A program made the position numbers and the translations under genes. This document shows positions 53,691-56,581 of a stretch of 56,581 nucleotides of DNA, piece by piece (position 1 is the stretch's first letter; each line of letters begins with the position of its first letter). The notes under the pieces are model-generated. The model searched no databases. It saw only the letters and a program-made list of their open reading frames with translations, and had not been told where the DNA came from. Source of the stretch: a virus (taxonomy: Duplodnaviria > Caudoviricetes); IMG/VR virus record IMGVR_UViG_3300031576_000050, positions 1-56,581 of that record; one strand, written 5' to 3'.

Positions 53691-53748
53691 TGCACTATCG
53701 GCAACTATTGCAGGACGGCCCACGCCTAAGCCGGTTGCCGATAGTGCA
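53691..53748 (-). terminator. 15-bp hairpin after the primase gene
   Basis: TGCACTATCGGCAAC...GTTGCCGATAGTGCA. Confidence 0.6.
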
Positions 53749-53754
53749 CGCGCC

Positions 53755-56199
53755 CTACCCGACACGCGCCCACTCCTCTCTTAGCTCCAGCCCGCGACGG
53801 TACCAGAACCGACCATCCTCATCCCGAGCGCGGAACTTCTCAAAGCCTTTCGCACTCATATGCTTGCCCCATTGTGTGATGCTAAGTATGTTGCGCTCAT
53901 CACCGTTCTGCTCTATCCAGATACGGTATGCGCGGTACAAGGACATGGCAGGTGCCTCTAGGTCGCCACCTGTCACGCACGTAGCAGCTAGGGCAGCATC
54001 CAGGTCACTCATCTCATCACGAGCCTCCAGAAGGATCGCTAGCGATGCGGGCGAGGGTGCCCCAAGCCCGTTAGCCGCGTAGAGCTGCCAGCCCGCGAGC
54101 AGCCACGCTAGCACCGCCGCGCGCCCCTCCCCCGTAGCTAGCCGTCCACGCAGGCCCTTATCGAGCTCAGAGTCTGGCATCTCAACACGAAACGGCGCTG
54201 ACTTCAGGCGCCGCCACAGCGCCTTATCTGCGTCTGGAATCTGTGGGTAGCTGTTAGTTGCCAGCCACGGTGTGAAGGCAGGCTGGCGCTGCACAAAGAC
54301 ATTGCTGTTCAAACGCCTAGCCTTGATGCGGTCCCCACCTGTGAAACGCTTTACTGCATCTGCATGCAGGAACCACCTTGCCGACGCTTCTGAGGCCACA
54401 ATGAGGCGATGAGACAATGAGTCCACAATGTCAGTGCGCGGGCTTTCATCCTGCTTCTCACGGAAGATGGAAAGGTTGAAGGCTGAGGCATACCGGCCAA
54501 GGCAGTCCATCATGGCCTCAACAAATGTTGTCTTGCCTGAACTGGTCTGCCCTTTCGCTATCACGAGGATGCGCTCTGGGTTGGCGCCTAGCAATGAGTA
54601 TCCAGCGAGCGTCTGCACCCATTCACAGTCTTCCTTATCTGGCAACACGCGCTCTATGAACTTGTCCCAGTCCCCAAGCTTGGCCTCTGGGTCAAACTTA
54701 GTGTCAGTACTGTAGGTAGCATAGTCCTCATGCCTTGTGCCGCGGAACTCATATCCGCCCGGTAGCAGCTCTACTGCACCATTTGAGCACACCAGGATCT
54801 CTGGGTCAGCATTGAATGCCTCAGCAGGCAGCACAACACCTTTCATCCCCCGCGCTAGGTCTACTGCTGCCCTTATTCTGGCAATATTCCCCGAAGCCCT
54901 AACATGTGCCAGGAACGTAGCAGCTGCCTTGGGGTCCTCAATGAACGCAGCCTCTGTAGCCATGGCACGGACAACAGCCATCATCTCGCGCCGAATGGGG
55001 CCATCCTCAGGGTCATTCACCCACAACGAAGTCTCAGGGTCATAGGTAGCCCAGCCCTGCCAGCCCGGCACATAGCGCGCGTCGCTACCTACGCGCTGTA
55101 GCAGCCTTTGTGCATTCCCTATGTCGTCACGCTCATAGTCGAATGCGCTGCTGCTAGCCCCAGCCTTTGCTTTCCCTGGCTTGGCCTTAGTAGCAGCTTC
55201 AACCACCTTGCGCTCGCTGCTACCCTGTAATAGGTCACATACATCATCTGTCTCTGGTGGGCCTTCAGCGCTGACCTTCTGCACACCCCTGATTACGATA
55301 CGTGTCCACTCCCCAGACGCACTGCCTTTCTCGCGCCGGGCACCTACGCCAATGACAAATACCTTGCGCATCTTGGCGAGTGCATTCAGTACGCCACCAT
55401 GGCCCGCCGCAGAGTCCCCGATTAGAGCCCAGGCGCCACGCAGGGCACAGTCGTGTGCACCGCCTTCATCACCAGCCATGCGTAGCTCGCGCATGTAGCG
55501 AGTAAGAGTTAGGGACATTCCCTCGCACATGCCAGCCTTACGCGCTTCTAGCCAGGCTGTGGCATCCTTTTTTGACATCTCGTCATCTGCAGGATGCGGC
55601 ACCCAGGCTTTCCCGCCCGTCAGGCCTTTAACCCAGCCAGGCGGTAGGTCTGGGATATCAGCAACAGATGGGATCTCATCATCAACAATCACCCCATCTG
55701 GCCGTATCCACATATACATCCGCTTCTCAGGATGCATTGACGGGAATACTACAGCATAACGATGATCCCAGCGGAGTAGCTCCACCCCTGGGCCTACCTG
55801 CCCCGGCCATGCCAGCCCCTCTGGCACCGTGAATAGGTAGATGCCGGAGCCATCCTGGCGCGAGGTACTAGCCCAGGTATCCGGCAGCCTGTCCCAATCC
55901 TTGGTGGCTTTGTTGATGGTCTTGGAGCCAGCCTTTGAGCCATACCTGTCGATGTCAATCCCAATGATGGTCTTTGGGAGGCGCAATGCTATGTTGCCTG
56001 GCGGGAATGATAGGTTGCCAGCCTGTGCATACTTGGGACGACTACCCCTGGTCCAGTCTGAAACCATCTTCCCGTCAACATACCTGCCGCCAGCTCCTGT
56101 ACAGCCATCCGGGGGCGGGAACTTCCCCCGATATGGTAATGGTATAGGTGACCATCCTGCATCCAGGTAGTCTCTGCCTGCGGCGGAGTATGGTGTCAT
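53755..56199 (-). CDS. bifunctional primase-polymerase fused to D5/P4-like SF3 helicase
   Basis: GWSPIPL..K.P, IGIDID; DIGNAQR; GQTSSGKTT Walker A, ASE, LATN..ALWRR. Confidence 0.9.
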   Translation of the reverse strand: MTPYSAAGRDYLDAGWSPIPLPYRGKFPPPDGCTGAGGRYVDGKMVSDWTRGSRPKYAQAGNLSFPPGNIALRLPKTIIGIDIDRYGSKAGSKTINKATKDWDRLPDTWASTSRQDGSGIYLFTVPEGLAWPGQVGPGVELLRWDHRYAVVFPSMHPEKRMYMWIRPDGVIVDDEIPSVADIPDLPPGWVKGLTGGKAWVPHPADDEMSKKDATAWLEARKAGMCEGMSLTLTRYMRELRMAGDEGGAHDCALRGAWALIGDSAAGHGGVLNALAKMRKVFVIGVGARREKGSASGEWTRIVIRGVQKVSAEGPPETDDVCDLLQGSSERKVVEAATKAKPGKAKAGASSSAFDYERDDIGNAQRLLQRVGSDARYVPGWQGWATYDPETSLWVNDPEDGPIRREMMAVVRAMATEAAFIEDPKAAATFLAHVRASGNIARIRAAVDLARGMKGVVLPAEAFNADPEILVCSNGAVELLPGGYEFRGTRHEDYATYSTDTKFDPEAKLGDWDKFIERVLPDKEDCEWVQTLAGYSLLGANPERILVIAKGQTSSGKTTFVEAMMDCLGRYASAFNLSIFREKQDESPRTDIVDSLSHRLIVASEASARWFLHADAVKRFTGGDRIKARRLNSNVFVQRQPAFTPWLATNSYPQIPDADKALWRRLKSAPFRVEMPDSELDKGLRGRLATGEGRAAVLAWLLAGWQLYAANGLGAPSPASLAILLEARDEMSDLDAALAATCVTGGDLEAPAMSLYRAYRIWIEQNGDERNILSITQWGKHMSAKGFEKFRARDEDGRFWYRRGLELREEWARVG

Positions 56200-56390
56200 G
56201 TGGAGCTAACCTCTAGCTCAGCTTCAGCCATTAGCTCCCTGATCCTGTCAGAGACAGCATTCCGAACAATGACGCTTTTATGCACATTCATTGCTGCAGA
56301 AAGCTGGGATAACTGGATATAGTCTAGGTCAGGCAGCCTGACGTATAGTCTGGGGCCAATGCGCGGTCTACCTACACGTCCTGCTGCCAT
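56196..56390 (-). CDS. ribbon-helix-helix DNA-binding protein
   Basis: GRPRIG.RLYVRLP...L..LSAAMNVHKSVIVRNAV. Confidence 0.7.
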   Translation of the reverse strand: MAAGRVGRPRIGPRLYVRLPDLDYIQLSQLSAAMNVHKSVIVRNAVSDRIRELMAEAELEVSST

Positions 56391-56581
56391 TCTGGCCTCT
56401 CTCCATTTCCGGCGTCTGCAATACCTAGAGAGCCGAGCTTACTCCCTTACCCTGCAGCCAGCCAGTCATGCCCTGACAAGGCAGCCTTTCGACGCCTAGC
56501 CCAGGTAAGGGCATGCCTGAGTGCATCACGTGCGTGTGGCTTGCCAACAGTGGGTAAGTACATCCCAATGGCCTTTAGCCT
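56340..56581. repeat. Terminal direct repeat / circular overlap, right copy
   Basis: Matches 1-246 minus one AGCC unit. Confidence 0.95.

Noticed and set aside
53235-53765. ORFs 53235-53468, 53275-53634 and 53559-53765
   Set aside because: They overlap repeats and hairpins, lack motifs, and conflict with each other; the region is more likely non-coding.
20-56170. Numerous plus-strand ORFs in the six-frame track (e.g. 29174-30214, 35916-36878)
   Set aside because: They are antisense shadows of clear minus-strand genes and show no recognisable motifs.
1-56581. TAG stop-codon reassignment, suggested by the abundance of TAG/CTAG
   Set aside because: Long conserved genes (DnaE, TerL, primase) are uninterrupted and end at TAG where the next gene or a hairpin begins.
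1-56581. Lysogeny module or prophage context
   Set aside because: No integrase, ParA or CI-like repressor recognised, no host flanks, and the ends overlap.

Overview
The window is an apparently complete ~56.3 kb tailed-phage genome with siphovirus gene content. Positions 1-246 are repeated at 56340-56581 apart from one 4-bp unit. Essentially all credible genes are on the minus strand. No integrase or repressor is visible, so the phage is probably lytic. Promoter style, the DDDPPF SSB tail and the lysin type suggest an actinobacterial host (inference). Order in the direction of transcription: RHH protein, primase-polymerase/SF3 helicase, repeat-rich putative origin, small early genes, secreted LysM-M23 peptidase and secreted GH99-metallophosphoesterase fusion, terminase/portal/head/tail, lysis, three tandem promoter-terminator cassettes, SNF2 helicase, tRNA-like RNA, Cas4-like nuclease, AAA ATPase, SSB, a ~9 kb nucleotide-metabolism cluster around DnaE, and a RuvC-like resolvase. 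The best candidates for new biology are: (1) the nucleotide cluster (FAD oxidoreductase, HAD phosphatase, SAM methyltransferase, Nmad1-like protein, UDG, dCMP deaminase, two MazG-like proteins, DUF4406, variant ThyX), a possible non-canonical nucleotide pathway; (2) the secreted glycan/phosphate-remodelling module; (3) a regulatory layer of TAG-start -35 promoters, a GAGAGGCCAG start-associated motif and several structured non-coding elements. Several frameshifts and fusions look like uncorrected indels, so some gene boundaries are uncertain. All functional calls come from motif recognition by eye; no database searches were run.
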